A stretch of DNA of 64,000 nt from a virus. The stretch's first letter is position 1. Each line of letters opens with the position of its first letter. Below are positions 9,514 to 18,360 of this stretch, one piece after another. The position numbers were made by a program, and so were the translations under genes. The stretch is from the IMG/VR virus record IMGVR_UViG_3300037247_001314, positions 32,001 through 96,000 of that record. One strand, given 5' to 3'. Below the pieces are notes generated by a model. That model ran no database searches and was not told where the DNA came from. It was given only the letters and a program-made list of their open reading frames with translations.

Positions 9514-9954
9514 TTAGATGTGGATGTCAGCCGCTACGGCCACATCGATATCCGCGCCGGCAGTCGGCGCCGTATCAATGTCGAAGCTCAGCACATCGCC
9601 GGGCGCGAGTACCTGGTTGGCCGGGTCCAGATCGGTGGTGCTCACCGCAGTACCGTCCGAGTCGGTGTTGGCCACCGTAAGATCGGTGACTCCGCCCGCG
9701 GCAAGCGCCGTGACGCCGTTGATGTTCACGTCTGGAACCGTGCTGCCACCCGAACCAGTCGTGCCCACCTTCATGCGCACTCGACGAAGGGTCATGTGGC
9801 GCTCGGCGATGAAGCTGAGCTTTTTGCCCGTTGTAACGGTCCCAGCAACGAAGCCGCTGAGCGGCACCTGTCGCGCAAGTTGCGCGAGGATGCCGGGGGA
9901 TTGATGGGCGAGGTCAGCAGGGTTTAAGTCGAGAGGGTTGCGGTAGGTTTCCAT
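9514..9954 (-). CDS. Probable structural (decoration-like) protein
   Basis: 146 aa, AAGGAG RBS, beta-sandwich-like T/G/V/D composition. Confidence 0.65.
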   Translation of the reverse strand: METYRNPLDLNPADLAHQSPGILAQLARQVPLSGFVAGTVTTGKKLSFIAERHMTLRRVRMKVGTTGSGGSTVPDVNINGVTALAAGGVTDLTVANTDSDGTAVSTTDLDPANQVLAPGDVLSFDIDTAPTAGADIDVAVAADIHI

Positions 9955-9999
9955 GGTCGGCTCCTTATGGGGGCGTCCACTGTACTTGCCGCAAACTCG

Positions 10000-10464
10000 T
10001 TACGCTACAGGCGGTGGCTCCTGGCTTTCGCCCGCATGCGTGAACACGACGTGCCAAGGTTTCTTAGCTTTACCGAACTGGCCGAATGCGGCCGGATTGA
10101 GCACGTCCATCTCGACGTGACCCCGACGTGGTCCTCGCTTGTCGTAGTTGTCGACGTCTGGACCAAAGCCAAACGTCGCACACTGCTGTGTTTCGCCGTA
10201 GTCGATAACCTTGTCCAAACGCCAGTCCGTTTCCTCGTCGGCCGGTGTCATGTCGATGTAATAATAATCGCCGACGGTAAACTGCTGCTCGTCGTCAACG
10301 TGAGCCTTGAAATGCATCTCCGCCTTTCCAGACGGCGTTGCCTCCCAGAACTGTTTATTCTCGGGCGCGCCCTCGTCGGCGCTGACGGGAAGGAACTCGT
10401 AGCTCCGATAATGGTCCCAAGTGTTGGTGCTGCTCATGCAGCGAAACTTTGCGCGAATAGACAT
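10000..10464 (-). CDS. Conserved phage protein (ENKxFWxxTPSG type), apparently an internal duplication
   Basis: MSIRAKFRC...ENKQFWEATPSGKAEM...GDYYYIDMT, followed by a second degenerate copy; GGAG RBS before ATG 10464. Confidence 0.7.
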   Translation of the reverse strand: MSIRAKFRCMSSTNTWDHYRSYEFLPVSADEGAPENKQFWEATPSGKAEMHFKAHVDDEQQFTVGDYYYIDMTPADEETDWRLDKVIDYGETQQCATFGFGPDVDNYDKRGPRRGHVEMDVLNPAAFGQFGKAKKPWHVVFTHAGESQEPPPVA

Positions 10465-10540
10465 TGGCGTCTCCGGTGTTGGTTCAGTTGTGAGACGCCG
10501 CGCGGTTGGCCCAGGTCGTGGCACCCTGGTTGAGTTCAGT

Positions 10541-10768
10541 CTACCAAGTGTCCTCGGGCAATGCACCTTCAGCTGGCGAACCGTCTGCGTACGTATGGAA
10601 CACGCGGAGACCCGTGACGGGGTCGCGAGTAGTGCGCGCTTCACGCTCCTCTAAATAGCGCCGCTCGGATTCTAGGCGCAGGTGCTTTTCGGCACCGTGC
10701 ATGAAACTGACGATCCCGATAACCCCACCAAACAACACCGAGCCCACAATAATAGCAACAGTAAACAT
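10541..10768 (-). CDS. Small single-pass membrane protein
   Basis: N-terminal hydrophobic helix; AAGGAGG RBS. Confidence 0.7.
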   Translation of the reverse strand: MFTVAIIVGSVLFGGVIGIVSFMHGAEKHLRLESERRYLEEREARTTRDPVTGLRVFHTYADGSPAEGALPEDTW

Positions 10769-10941
10769 CAGCGCACCTCCTTAGTTGTGTTCGTTCTCTC
10801 TTCCAAATAGTAACGCTCTTCGCGCTCCCATTTGCGTTGCAGGATGCGGTCGACAAGCCGCGGATTTCTCTGCACCCCTAGCGTGTACCCCGCGAAGAAC
10901 CCGAACATTGCGCCGACAGTCACGAATAACCAGTCAAGCAT
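10768..10941 (-). CDS. Small single-pass membrane protein
   Basis: MLDWLFVTVGAMFGFFAGYTLG...; start at ATG 10941 overlaps the upstream stop region. Confidence 0.65.
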   Translation of the reverse strand: MLDWLFVTVGAMFGFFAGYTLGVQRNPRLVDRILQRKWEREERYYLEERTNTTKEVR

Positions 10942-11551
10942 TGGCGTCCAGACGCGCAGCTTTCCATCGAGACTGATTCCAACAGCGCTTGCAAGTGACC
11001 TCGTCCCAATCGTCGGTAAGCCGGCATCCGTACTGCGCCGCACACGACGCGAGCTTCTTGTTATACGGATCGCGCATATGAATCTTCCACCTCGGAGGGT
11101 TCGCGCTATCGACGAAAGACTTTTCTTCCAGACGGGCGGGCTGCGTATGACAAAGCGCCTTAAGTCGCCCCAACTCTTCCAAGAGTTCGGGGTCACTACC
11201 CGCTGGCCACCACATCGTGCCGTGCTCATCAGTCCAGCCGCCCTCAACATTGAGCGACTCGCCGGCAGCCTTCTCTTCTTTCGGGGCGGGTTGGTCTTCG
11301 ATGACTCCCTGCTTCCGCAGCCGAGCGTTTGTTTCCTCGATACGCGTATCGGTCGCCGTAATGGCAGCGCCCCACTTCTCCACCGCCGCAGAGGTAACAC
11401 CGTACTGCTCAGCGACGTCGTCAACTCGGGCACCGTTCCGCACAGCGCGGGCAGCCATCGACCTATCCCTGTTTGTGAGCATTGCCATCTGAAAGTCCAG
11501 ACGCGCACCAGGCACGAGCAGCGTGCTCATGCAGTTCCGGTGAGCTTGCAT
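10934..11551 (-). CDS. HTH-containing protein (start uncertain)
   Basis: RVDDVAEQYGVTSAAVEKW helix-turn-helix; C-terminal Cys cluster. Confidence 0.6.
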   Translation of the reverse strand: MQAHRNCMSTLLVPGARLDFQMAMLTNRDRSMAARAVRNGARVDDVAEQYGVTSAAVEKWGAAITATDTRIEETNARLRKQGVIEDQPAPKEEKAAGESLNVEGGWTDEHGTMWWPAGSDPELLEELGRLKALCHTQPARLEEKSFVDSANPPRWKIHMRDPYNKKLASCAAQYGCRLTDDWDEVTCKRCWNQSRWKAARLDANA

Positions 11552-11702
11552 CAGTGTACGCCCGGATCTTGTCGTTCAGATCGTAAAGTGTCCAGACACT
11601 TTTCCCATTCCGAAACGCCCAGCCTGCTGGCCCACCCAGCTGCCTGCCTCCTGGGAGCGTTTCCTGTTCAACGACGAGGTCAATACCAGCTGGATGATTC
11701 AC
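11463..11702 (-). CDS. Hypothetical protein
   Basis: GTG start at 11702; fills the gap in the operon. Confidence 0.45.
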   Translation of the reverse strand: MNHPAGIDLVVEQETLPGGRQLGGPAGWAFRNGKSVWTLYDLNDKIRAYTDASSPELHEHAARAWCASGLSDGNAHKQG

Positions 11703-11877
11703 GAGCTTTCTCCCCTTCTGCATGTTCAATGAGATCGGTGGACTGCGCGAGCAGTTCTGCCTTCGCCGCAGCGTCGAAGGTGTCCGGTTCTTCTGCAAGC
11801 TTCTTGAGTCGCCGAGTGACGCGCAGCATCTCCCATCGCCAATCGGTTTGCACCTTGGTGTCGTCGTCTTCTCCCAT
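11680..11877 (-). CDS. Hypothetical protein
   Basis: GAGGAGG RBS; 65 aa. Confidence 0.65.
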   Translation of the reverse strand: MGEDDDTKVQTDWRWEMLRVTRRLKKLAEEPDTFDAAAKAELLAQSTDLIEHAEGEKARESSSWY

Positions 11878-11887
11878 GTAGTCCTCC

Positions 11888-12496
11888 TTAGACTTCCTCG
11901 GGCTCTCCCGTCCAACTGCCGCTGAGTGCTCTTGTGGTCATTGAACCGAACGCGCGGCCCAAAGCTTGGCGGGTCGCAACAGGTGCGCTCACGGGCGAGG
12001 TGGGGGCTTCTGTCGACGCGTCTAGACTATTGGTATTATCCCTGTGGGCCAGAGCCGCGCTTGGAATATCTCCGCTGTGGTTCAGCATGTACCTCGCAAT
12101 ACCTTTGGAGCATTCGGTGGCCTCTACTTGAATCGCTACTGCTTCCTCGCGCGGGAGTTTGCTGGCCGCGGCAAATCGTCTCCAGACAGAAGCCAACTGC
12201 TCAACCCCAGCAAGCACCGTAGTCATTGGGACCTTCGCGTCGCCGCCGTTGGCGCCAACGAACTTGTCTACACATTTGAGCAGCTCAGTGCTGAGCGCGT
12301 GCGCGCATTCGTGGGCTCGGTCCTGTCGTTGTGCAAAATGGCGAAAACACTTCTCGTGCGACGTGAAGACCGTTTCCTGCACCGCAATGGAATGCCCCGG
12401 CACTATCGGCTTGCGACAAAAAGGACAGATGCCCAACGGCTGCGTGGCCAGCCCCAGCATTACCTTCTCGAAGTCGAGCCCTTTGATGAACATCAA
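11888..12496 (-). CDS. Zn-finger-containing hypothetical protein
   Basis: CPFC...HEKC motif; translational coupling with the upstream gene. Confidence 0.65.
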   Translation of the reverse strand: MMFIKGLDFEKVMLGLATQPLGICPFCRKPIVPGHSIAVQETVFTSHEKCFRHFAQRQDRAHECAHALSTELLKCVDKFVGANGGDAKVPMTTVLAGVEQLASVWRRFAAASKLPREEAVAIQVEATECSKGIARYMLNHSGDIPSAALAHRDNTNSLDASTEAPTSPVSAPVATRQALGRAFGSMTTRALSGSWTGEPEEV

Positions 12497-13089
12497 AAAT
12501 CTCCCGCGATGGTGAACACACCTTTGGGGCCGATCGCTTCCTCACCGGGAAAGCAGGCCTCTAACGCTTTCAGGATCCGCCGCTTGAGCTCCGGAGAACA
12601 CTTCACGGCCCAACCCTTCCAGACAGGCTTCTTAGCCTTCTTAGGCGCAGGCGCCCAGAGGGCTTTGCGGTTTGTCCAATCAATATTTTGCTTGATCAAC
12701 CCATTAAACTTCTTCGACACATACGGCGTCTGGACAATCAACACAGGGCAGAGCTCGGCCTGGAACATGGACTCGCCACGGGTGAGGGTAATGACTTTCT
12801 TGATGAATCGCTTGCGCACGATTTCACCAAAGTGAGGGAAACCCAACGCAGCTACTTGGTCGGCCAGATGCATCTTCTGCGCATTTGACGTTGTTGCCAG
12901 CGCTGCGAGAAACACCAGCTTGTTAGCCTCTTGCCGCTGCTCGTCGGTGGCGCAGTCGCTCACCATGTACTTGCTGCGGCAGATGGGGCCGATGCCCGTC
13001 TCTACCGACACCGCGTCTAGCAGCGGCTTGCCACAACAGACGCAGTTGATAGCGGTGAGCAGCGTAGCTTTTGCGTTCAAGTAACCCAT
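12493..13089 (-). CDS. DUF6011-like Zn-finger protein
   Basis: CVCCGKPLLDAVSVETGIGPIC signature. Confidence 0.75.
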   Translation of the reverse strand: MGYLNAKATLLTAINCVCCGKPLLDAVSVETGIGPICRSKYMVSDCATDEQRQEANKLVFLAALATTSNAQKMHLADQVAALGFPHFGEIVRKRFIKKVITLTRGESMFQAELCPVLIVQTPYVSKKFNGLIKQNIDWTNRKALWAPAPKKAKKPVWKGWAVKCSPELKRRILKALEACFPGEEAIGPKGVFTIAGDF

Positions 13090-13095
13090 AAACCC

Positions 13096-13133
13096 ATCAT
13101 AGCAGCGGGCATACTGCTGTCAAGACATTTGTC
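13096..13133 (-). promoter_or_regulatory. Class I (sigma70-type) promoter with operator-like spacer
   Basis: GACAAATGTC-TTGACA-N16-TATGAT, with extended TG. Confidence 0.85.
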
Positions 13134-13485
13134 GATAAAGTGCGACCGCGCGTCGCTTTTTCTTTGGCCCCAGTACGGCTCTCGCACGCCAATCAAACTC
13201 CTCTGCTGTCCCGCGGAGAACAGTAGCCAGTCGGCCAGCCCGATCCCGAGCCTTACCTAGGGAGCGGTAAGGCGCATCGTGGTCGCAACGGGCGGTGGTC
13301 TCCTGGTGCTGGGCATGAACGGTGTACGTTTTGAACTGCGGCTGGTGTTCGATCCATACGTCCCAAGTTCCATGATCGAACTTCGGTTCCCAGCGTAGTC
13401 CGGGCCCAAAGTTGGTCCCGCTGCCCTCCTCAGGAACGGCGCAGCTCTCTAAAATCTGAGCAGTGAGTCCAAACATGCAAATCAC
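13120..13485 (-). CDS. Hypothetical protein
   Basis: GTG 13485 overlaps the upstream stop; C-terminus KKKRRAVAL. Confidence 0.6.
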   Translation of the reverse strand: MICMFGLTAQILESCAVPEEGSGTNFGPGLRWEPKFDHGTWDVWIEHQPQFKTYTVHAQHQETTARCDHDAPYRSLGKARDRAGRLATVLRGTAEEFDWRARAVLGPKKKRRAVALYRQMS

Positions 13486-13859
13486 CAAATCCAAGAGAGC
13501 GTGACCGGCCGCCGTTTCTTCTTTGGCGCCGAAGTAGGGAGAAACTCCCAATCGTAAAGCGTCGCGTCCTCGTTAGTTTTAGCAGGATCTAGCACCGCCG
13601 AACCGAACTGGCTGTTACTGCCGAAGAACTGCTGTTGCGCTGATGGCCGATACTTCCGACGAGCAATGAGTCCTAAGCGCTCCGCCGCCATCAGCGTCTG
13701 GCGCATGCGGTCGACGTTGTCCGAAACACCGAGTTCACCCGCCATCATCACGAGCTTCTCGCCGTGGATTATGAATCCGGTCCAGCTCGACGCCACCAGA
13801 GCCTCCCAAGCCTTGCCCCCGTGGAGTTCCAAAATCTGTGCGTCAGTGAGTCCAGACAT
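13482..13859 (-). CDS. Hypothetical protein, possibly winged helix
   Basis: 125 aa, coupled start; C-terminus KKKRRPVTL. Confidence 0.65.
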   Translation of the reverse strand: MSGLTDAQILELHGGKAWEALVASSWTGFIIHGEKLVMMAGELGVSDNVDRMRQTLMAAERLGLIARRKYRPSAQQQFFGSNSQFGSAVLDPAKTNEDATLYDWEFLPTSAPKKKRRPVTLSWIW

Positions 13860-14377
13860 CAGCAGTACCCCGGCGTGCGCTTGAGCCTGCGAAACTGTGC
13901 AGCCGGATCCAGCACCACGTACTCCTTGCGCTCAGTGCGCCTACCGTCGACGAGGTATCTGGACACCCTCCACGCCACCACAGGCGCCTCAAGGCGGGCG
14001 AGGTCCATGAGCAACGACATATCCCGGCCGTGAAGGCTAGCCCCCTTCCTGTCCAGACGCTTGCGTAGGACGTCAGCCGTCACCGTCTTGGGCCTGACGT
14101 AGAAGCAGTCCGGGGTTTTGGCGTAGCGGTAGGGCGTGTCTGGAACCATCTGGTCTGCCCGCACCAGCGGGGTGGGTTTGTCCTGTGGTGGGTTGATACG
14201 GCCCACTCTGCCAGCAGCGAGCGCCTTCACGTTGGCGATAACGATGTCCCCCGCGGATATCAAGATGGTTTCCCGCGGGGTTTGTTGGGCGAAAGGCAAA
14301 TCTTGCTGTGCGGTCGGCACCTGCAACGTCACGCCGCGCTTCTTTTTCTTGCGAATCTTTTTCTTCTTGGGGAACAT
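13859..14377 (-). CDS. Basic hypothetical protein
   Basis: Start at ATG 14377 (MFPKKKK...KKKKRGVTL) after GGGGGA. Confidence 0.6.
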   Translation of the reverse strand: MFPKKKKIRKKKKRGVTLQVPTAQQDLPFAQQTPRETILISAGDIVIANVKALAAGRVGRINPPQDKPTPLVRADQMVPDTPYRYAKTPDCFYVRPKTVTADVLRKRLDRKGASLHGRDMSLLMDLARLEAPVVAWRVSRYLVDGRRTERKEYVVLDPAAQFRRLKRTPGYC

Positions 14378-14379
14378 AC

Positions 14380-14565
14380 TCAGTCCCCCACGAGGGTAAA
14401 GGTCTGCGCGTCGGTAGTCTTGGTGACGAGAAAGGTGAACCCGTTTATGCGCACCCAACCGGCCAAGTCCTCCAGTTGTCCAGCAAGCACTTCGCGTTCC
14501 TCGTCGTCAAGGTCGGCGCGATTGAAGGCAAGTAAAATATCTTCCAGGCAGCGATGCGGATCCAT
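14380..14565 (-). CDS. Small hypothetical protein
   Basis: MDPHRCL...LAGWVRINGF; TAATG coupling. Confidence 0.65.
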   Translation of the reverse strand: MDPHRCLEDILLAFNRADLDDEEREVLAGQLEDLAGWVRINGFTFLVTKTTDAQTFTLVGD

Positions 14566-15125
14566 TAGTCTTTCCCCTCTTTTTCCAGACGCCGACACTG
14601 TTCATTGTAGAGCGCGGGCGCCATCTGCCCCTTCTCTGTGATTTGGTAATGGCCTTGCTTGATACGCACGACCAAGCCGAGTTGCTTGGCGCGTACGAGT
14701 CGCGTGTGAGTCGCGTTGCTCGCTAGGTCTAACCGCTTCTGCACTTCTGCAGCGCGCAGCGTCGCATTGGGAGGGAACACCATCAGCAACTCCAAAATGT
14801 TTCGAGCGATGCGCCTACCAGCCACCGGTGTTTTAGGCGCACCAGACGAAGGCTTTAGGGCTGGGGCGGATGTGAGCACTGCGTAGGCGTCAAGGAGACT
14901 GAATAACGGCGACACGTACCGCGCGTCTACGGGGAGGCCGAGGCGCCGCACATGGTCTTCGGCGAGACGCTTTACTCGCACCTCATTACGAAGATACTCA
15001 AGCTCTACTTCTGCAGCCTGAAGTTTTCGCTCACTGTGCACCACCACGAGAGCATGGGTTTTTCCGAGGCCCTTGCTCACCCAATAATCCCGGCGCTTTT
15101 CCGCATGCTCGTCGGAGAACGTCAC
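14565..15125 (-). CDS. Winged-HTH protein
   Basis: C-terminal LRAAEVQKRLDL...TRLVRAKQLGLVVRIKQGHYQITEKG. Confidence 0.7.
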   Translation of the reverse strand: MTFSDEHAEKRRDYWVSKGLGKTHALVVVHSERKLQAAEVELEYLRNEVRVKRLAEDHVRRLGLPVDARYVSPLFSLLDAYAVLTSAPALKPSSGAPKTPVAGRRIARNILELLMVFPPNATLRAAEVQKRLDLASNATHTRLVRAKQLGLVVRIKQGHYQITEKGQMAPALYNEQCRRLEKEGKD

Positions 15126-15634
15126 GAAGACCTCGCAGTCTCGCCAGCGCGAGCCTCGCAGACTTCCTCAATATCCTCAAACTCGTCCCAGTCAAAGTTG
15201 GCCTCCACGAGCTCGTCATAGAGCTCGACGCTGAGCGTCTTCTCCAAGTCGTGGCGAATCTTCACACAGGCTTGGTACATAGCCTCTATTTTGCGGCTGT
15301 CGTAGTCGAGGTCACTGGCCCAATCCTCAAAGCTTTGGTCGGTTCCAGACGCGTCCGTGACGAAGTGCCCCCTGCCCTGCGAAAAGACCACCGTGGCGCT
15401 GCGACGCCCTTGGTGTTGCAGGCACACCACCCAATGCGAGCAGCCTGTCTTGTAGTTCGTGCGGCGCTCTTCAGGCACCTCCGCGTCGGTCGCGGGTCGC
15501 ACAATGGCAACCACCTTCTCGCTGTCGTCGACAGCGTCAGCTTTCGGCAGCCTGCGATAGACCTGCTGCCGGTTCTGTTCGTTCTGCTCGAAGTCGTGGA
15601 TGGTGCGTGGGTTGCTTGTTGTCTGGAATGGCAT
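15122..15634 (-). CDS. Hypothetical protein
   Basis: AAGGAG RBS; first gene after the class I promoter. Confidence 0.7.
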   Translation of the reverse strand: MPFQTTSNPRTIHDFEQNEQNRQQVYRRLPKADAVDDSEKVVAIVRPATDAEVPEERRTNYKTGCSHWVVCLQHQGRRSATVVFSQGRGHFVTDASGTDQSFEDWASDLDYDSRKIEAMYQACVKIRHDLEKTLSVELYDELVEANFDWDEFEDIEEVCEARAGETARSS

Positions 15635-15652
15635 GTGGTGCTCCTTGCATCT

Positions 15653-15691
15653 AGATTACCAGCGGGCATATTGCCTGTCAAGACATTTGTC
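15653..15691 (-). promoter_or_regulatory. Class I promoter
   Basis: GACAAATGTC-TTGACA-ggcaatatgcccgctgg(17)-TAATCT. Confidence 0.88.
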
Positions 15692-15700
15692 TAAGTTTAG

Positions 15701-16909
15701 TTAGATCTGAATAGTGACAGCGCGCTTCACTGGGCGGCGTTCCAGATAAGCGCTTATGAACGCCTGCGCTTGCGGAGCGACGATAGCGTTTCCGTAGGCG
15801 CACAATCGCCCCACGCGGTTGGCAACCCCATGAGCCAACGGGAATGTGCCGGGTTCAACTGGCCGGGCTTTTCCGTCGGTGCAGGGGATCCAGTCAGCGT
15901 CTCCCCAATAGCTCTCTCCGCGTCCAAGGCTAGACAAGCGCAACCGTGCTTCGTCCCGTGCTTGGCCTTCTGCGTTCGGCTGCGTCCTCTGGCGTCGTGC
16001 GCTTGCGGTGTCGTCCAGTGCGCGGCGTGCAACGCTGCCGCCTTCAGAGCCACCCCTCCTTGCCGTCCCGGGGGTATCTGTGGCCCCGTGCCGTCGTTCG
16101 CTCGGGGTGTGGGCCAATGGGCCCGCGTCGCTCTCGTCGGCAGATCGTCGTGTGTCGCTGACCGCTCTTTCCCAACTGACCTCGTCGATGCTCCCTTGTG
16201 GTCGGTGGCGTTCGGCGTCGGCCAAGTTGCCAGCTGCGCTTGTAGGTTGAGGCTGGTCAGCGACACACCCAGCTTGAATCCCTTCGCTATCGCCGCTCTT
16301 TTTCTCGCCAGGAACTGCTCCGGCGTGCCTCCCGCTTCGCGCGCTGCAGGCGTTGCCCATGGAGCCGCTTCTTCGACCGATAGGTTGATGTTGCCGTTTG
16401 CCACGCTCGTCGTGGGCAGACCAATAGAGTCGTTTCCTTTGGTGCGGGGCACCGAAACCACAAGCCGCGGTAACTGCCGCCCCGACGGTGTATCCGCCAC
16501 TTTCCAGGTCTGTCGATACAAGGTCGAGCCAAGTTTCGCCTGGCTTACCCGCAACCTGTTCGCCAAAGATGTTGTGAGGAGCGCACTGCTCAATGAGCCA
16601 GAACCAGGAGGGCCAGAGGTGCCGCTCGTCAGCAAACCCCGCTCCTTTGCCTGCCGCGCTGAAAGGTTGGCAAGGACAACTTCCAGTCCAGACGGGACGG
16701 TCATCGGGCCAACCCGCGTTTCTGAGCGCCAAGCTCCAGACACCTATTCCCGCGAAGAAGTGACATTGTGTGTATCCTTTCAGCTCCGATGGAGTGACAT
16801 CCTCAATGCTCCGCTCATCGACGTCACCAGGTGCGATATGTCCTGCAGCAATAAGATTGCGGAGCCATTGCGCAGCGTAAAGGTCAATCTCGTTGTAGTA
16901 CGCGACCAC
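15701..16909 (-). CDS. C5-cytosine DNA methyltransferase, catalytic (alpha) chain
   Basis: Motif I HFFAGIG, catalytic GSCPCQPFS, motif VI FGEQV, motif VIII HQRKRLY, motif X AYGNAIV. Confidence 0.9.
   Translation of the reverse strand: MVAYYNEIDLYAAQWLRNLIAAGHIAPGDVDERSIEDVTPSELKGYTQCHFFAGIGVWSLALRNAGWPDDRPVWTGSCPCQPFSAAGKGAGFADERHLWPSWFWLIEQCAPHNIFGEQVAGKPGETWLDLVSTDLESGGYTVGAAVTAACGFGAPHQRKRLYWSAHDERGKRQHQPIGRRSGSMGNACSARSGRHAGAVPGEKKSGDSEGIQAGCVADQPQPTSAAGNLADAERHRPQGSIDEVSWERAVSDTRRSADESDAGPLAHTPSERRHGATDTPGTARRGGSEGGSVARRALDDTASARRQRTQPNAEGQARDEARLRLSSLGRGESYWGDADWIPCTDGKARPVEPGTFPLAHGVANRVGRLCAYGNAIVAPQAQAFISAYLERRPVKRAVTIQI
15754..16743 (-). CDS. Overprinted methyltransferase partner (beta) chain with repeated TRD-like units and motif IX; start uncertain
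   Basis: 329-codon open alternative frame nested inside the MTase; W[PAT]TP repeats; [15 protein letters not shown] resembles motif IX, which the main frame lacks. Confidence 0.7.
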   Translation of the reverse strand: MSGAWRSETRVGPMTVPSGLEVVLANLSARQAKERGLLTSGTSGPPGSGSLSSALLTTSLANRLRVSQAKLGSTLYRQTWKVADTPSGRQLPRLVVSVPRTKGNDSIGLPTTSVANGNINLSVEEAAPWATPAAREAGGTPEQFLARKRAAIAKGFKLGVSLTSLNLQAQLATWPTPNATDHKGASTRSVGKERSATHDDLPTRATRAHWPTPRANDGTGPQIPPGRQGGVALKAAALHAAHWTTPQAHDARGRSRTQKAKHGTKHGCACLALDAERAIGETLTGSPAPTEKPGQLNPAHSRWLMGLPTAWGDCAPTETLSSLRKRRRS

Positions 16910-16926
16910 AGGGTCACCTCAACCGT

Positions 16927-16965
16927 AAACTAGCAGCGGGCAATATGCCTGTCAAGACATTTGTC
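16927..16965 (-). promoter_or_regulatory. Class I promoter
   Basis: GACAAATGTC-TTGACA-ggcatattgcccgctgc(17)-TAGTTT. Confidence 0.85.
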
Positions 16966-17159
16966 TAAGTTTCTTCAGTCGCGGTCTCGAGGCTCTTTGC
17001 GATCATCTCCTCAATGGCAGCCGAGGGGATCGGCCATTTCTTCGCGCGCTCACGAAAAGCATCAGGGTCTTTAGCTATCGTCACTCTATCTGCGTCAGGA
17101 ATGCCCGTCGTAGCGTGCTCCCATGAGTCAAAAGCTGCGGCCCCATCAGTCATCGCCAT
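16965..17159 (-). CDS. Hypothetical protein
   Basis: 64 aa, GGGAG RBS. Confidence 0.6.
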   Translation of the reverse strand: MAMTDGAAAFDSWEHATTGIPDADRVTIAKDPDAFRERAKKWPIPSAAIEEMIAKSLETATEET

Positions 17160-18360
17160 CTCCCAGTTTATGCGCCGTCACTTCCGCCTTAGGCGCCTCA
17201 CTGGAGCCACGCCAGAACGGAGCGCGAAACTTCCAGACGCGTTCTGTGCGCCCCTTGCCCGAGGCGAAGCGTTGCCAATGTCCAGACACCAACGTGCGCA
17301 CCTTGAGTTCTGACCGACTAGCTGCAGACACCTCGTCGACAGCTGTGGGCATGGTGCGGTTGAGCTTGACGCTGCGACCGAGGACAATGCGAGGTTGCTT
17401 GGGGAGCTTCTTGTGCTCGACGACAAGCTTTGCGCGCTTCTTATTTCGTGCGCTGGGCATCTTCTGGATGCGCTGCCACAACTTTCGCGCTGCCGGATTA
17501 GCTTCGATGTGCTCGCGCTCCGCGACGGGCGACGTCGTGTAGAACAGCAGGTTCATCACCCACCGAAAGCAGTCGACCCACATATGGGCTTCGCGTTCCA
17601 TCCCCTCGTCGTCTTGAGGGAGGTTGCGCTCTGCGCGTTGGTCTTTGGGTATCTGGACGCTGGTGAACACATCGGCCAACGTCTTGGCTATTGGCTCGTC
17701 ATCGAAGAGCGGCATGAAGAAATGCGAAAGCGCGTCGTCGTGCACATCGTCAGTTATCCCGCGAGCAGTGAGTAGCAAGCGCAGACCTCGCATACCCTCG
17801 TGCTCATCAGCAGCGACATAGGCGCCGGTGACAGGGTGCCAACCTGTCTGGATGCTAATGGTCTTGAAACCAAGCTGCTCAGGCACTTCCAGATAGACTG
17901 TTGGGAACGGTAGCTGCAGGTCCCGCCCCTTGATGCCGCGGAGCTCTGTCAAAAGCAGCTGCTGCGCTAACCCTGGCGATGGTGAGAACGTGTGCCGGCC
18001 GCTCAGCCGAAAGCGCGCTGTCTGCCACGCCATCATCGCTTGCGTGAGCGCTTCGCCCGTCGCTGCTGCTGCGCTGTAGCCAGCCTCTGCCCCAAGCATT
18101 CTACTCGTGCGATAGATTTCTAGGCCGTGGACGGTGGTGGTGTACCAGTCGTCGAAGGAAACGTCTGGACGCTCAGTCAGCGAGCGCTCAGCCCAGACAC
18201 TTTGCAGCGCTAGCATGCCCATACCTTTATCCCGCTCAACGAGGTCCAGGAGCACACGCGTGAGCGGTGCGTCCCCCCACTTGCCCGCCTGAGCGCGGGC
18301 GCTAGCGAGGTGTGGGTCGATAATGCGCTCGTAGTGGTGTTGGTTTTGCTGCTCAGTCAC
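17146..18360 (-). CDS. Conserved phage protein with C-terminal VxGHW...PFWRG motif
   Basis: 404 aa; GAGGAG RBS; LVSGHWQR...RAPFWRG. Confidence 0.75.
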   Translation of the reverse strand: MTEQQNQHHYERIIDPHLASARAQAGKWGDAPLTRVLLDLVERDKGMGMLALQSVWAERSLTERPDVSFDDWYTTTVHGLEIYRTSRMLGAEAGYSAAAATGEALTQAMMAWQTARFRLSGRHTFSPSPGLAQQLLLTELRGIKGRDLQLPFPTVYLEVPEQLGFKTISIQTGWHPVTGAYVAADEHEGMRGLRLLLTARGITDDVHDDALSHFFMPLFDDEPIAKTLADVFTSVQIPKDQRAERNLPQDDEGMEREAHMWVDCFRWVMNLLFYTTSPVAEREHIEANPAARKLWQRIQKMPSARNKKRAKLVVEHKKLPKQPRIVLGRSVKLNRTMPTAVDEVSAASRSELKVRTLVSGHWQRFASGKGRTERVWKFRAPFWRGSSEAPKAEVTAHKLGDGDD

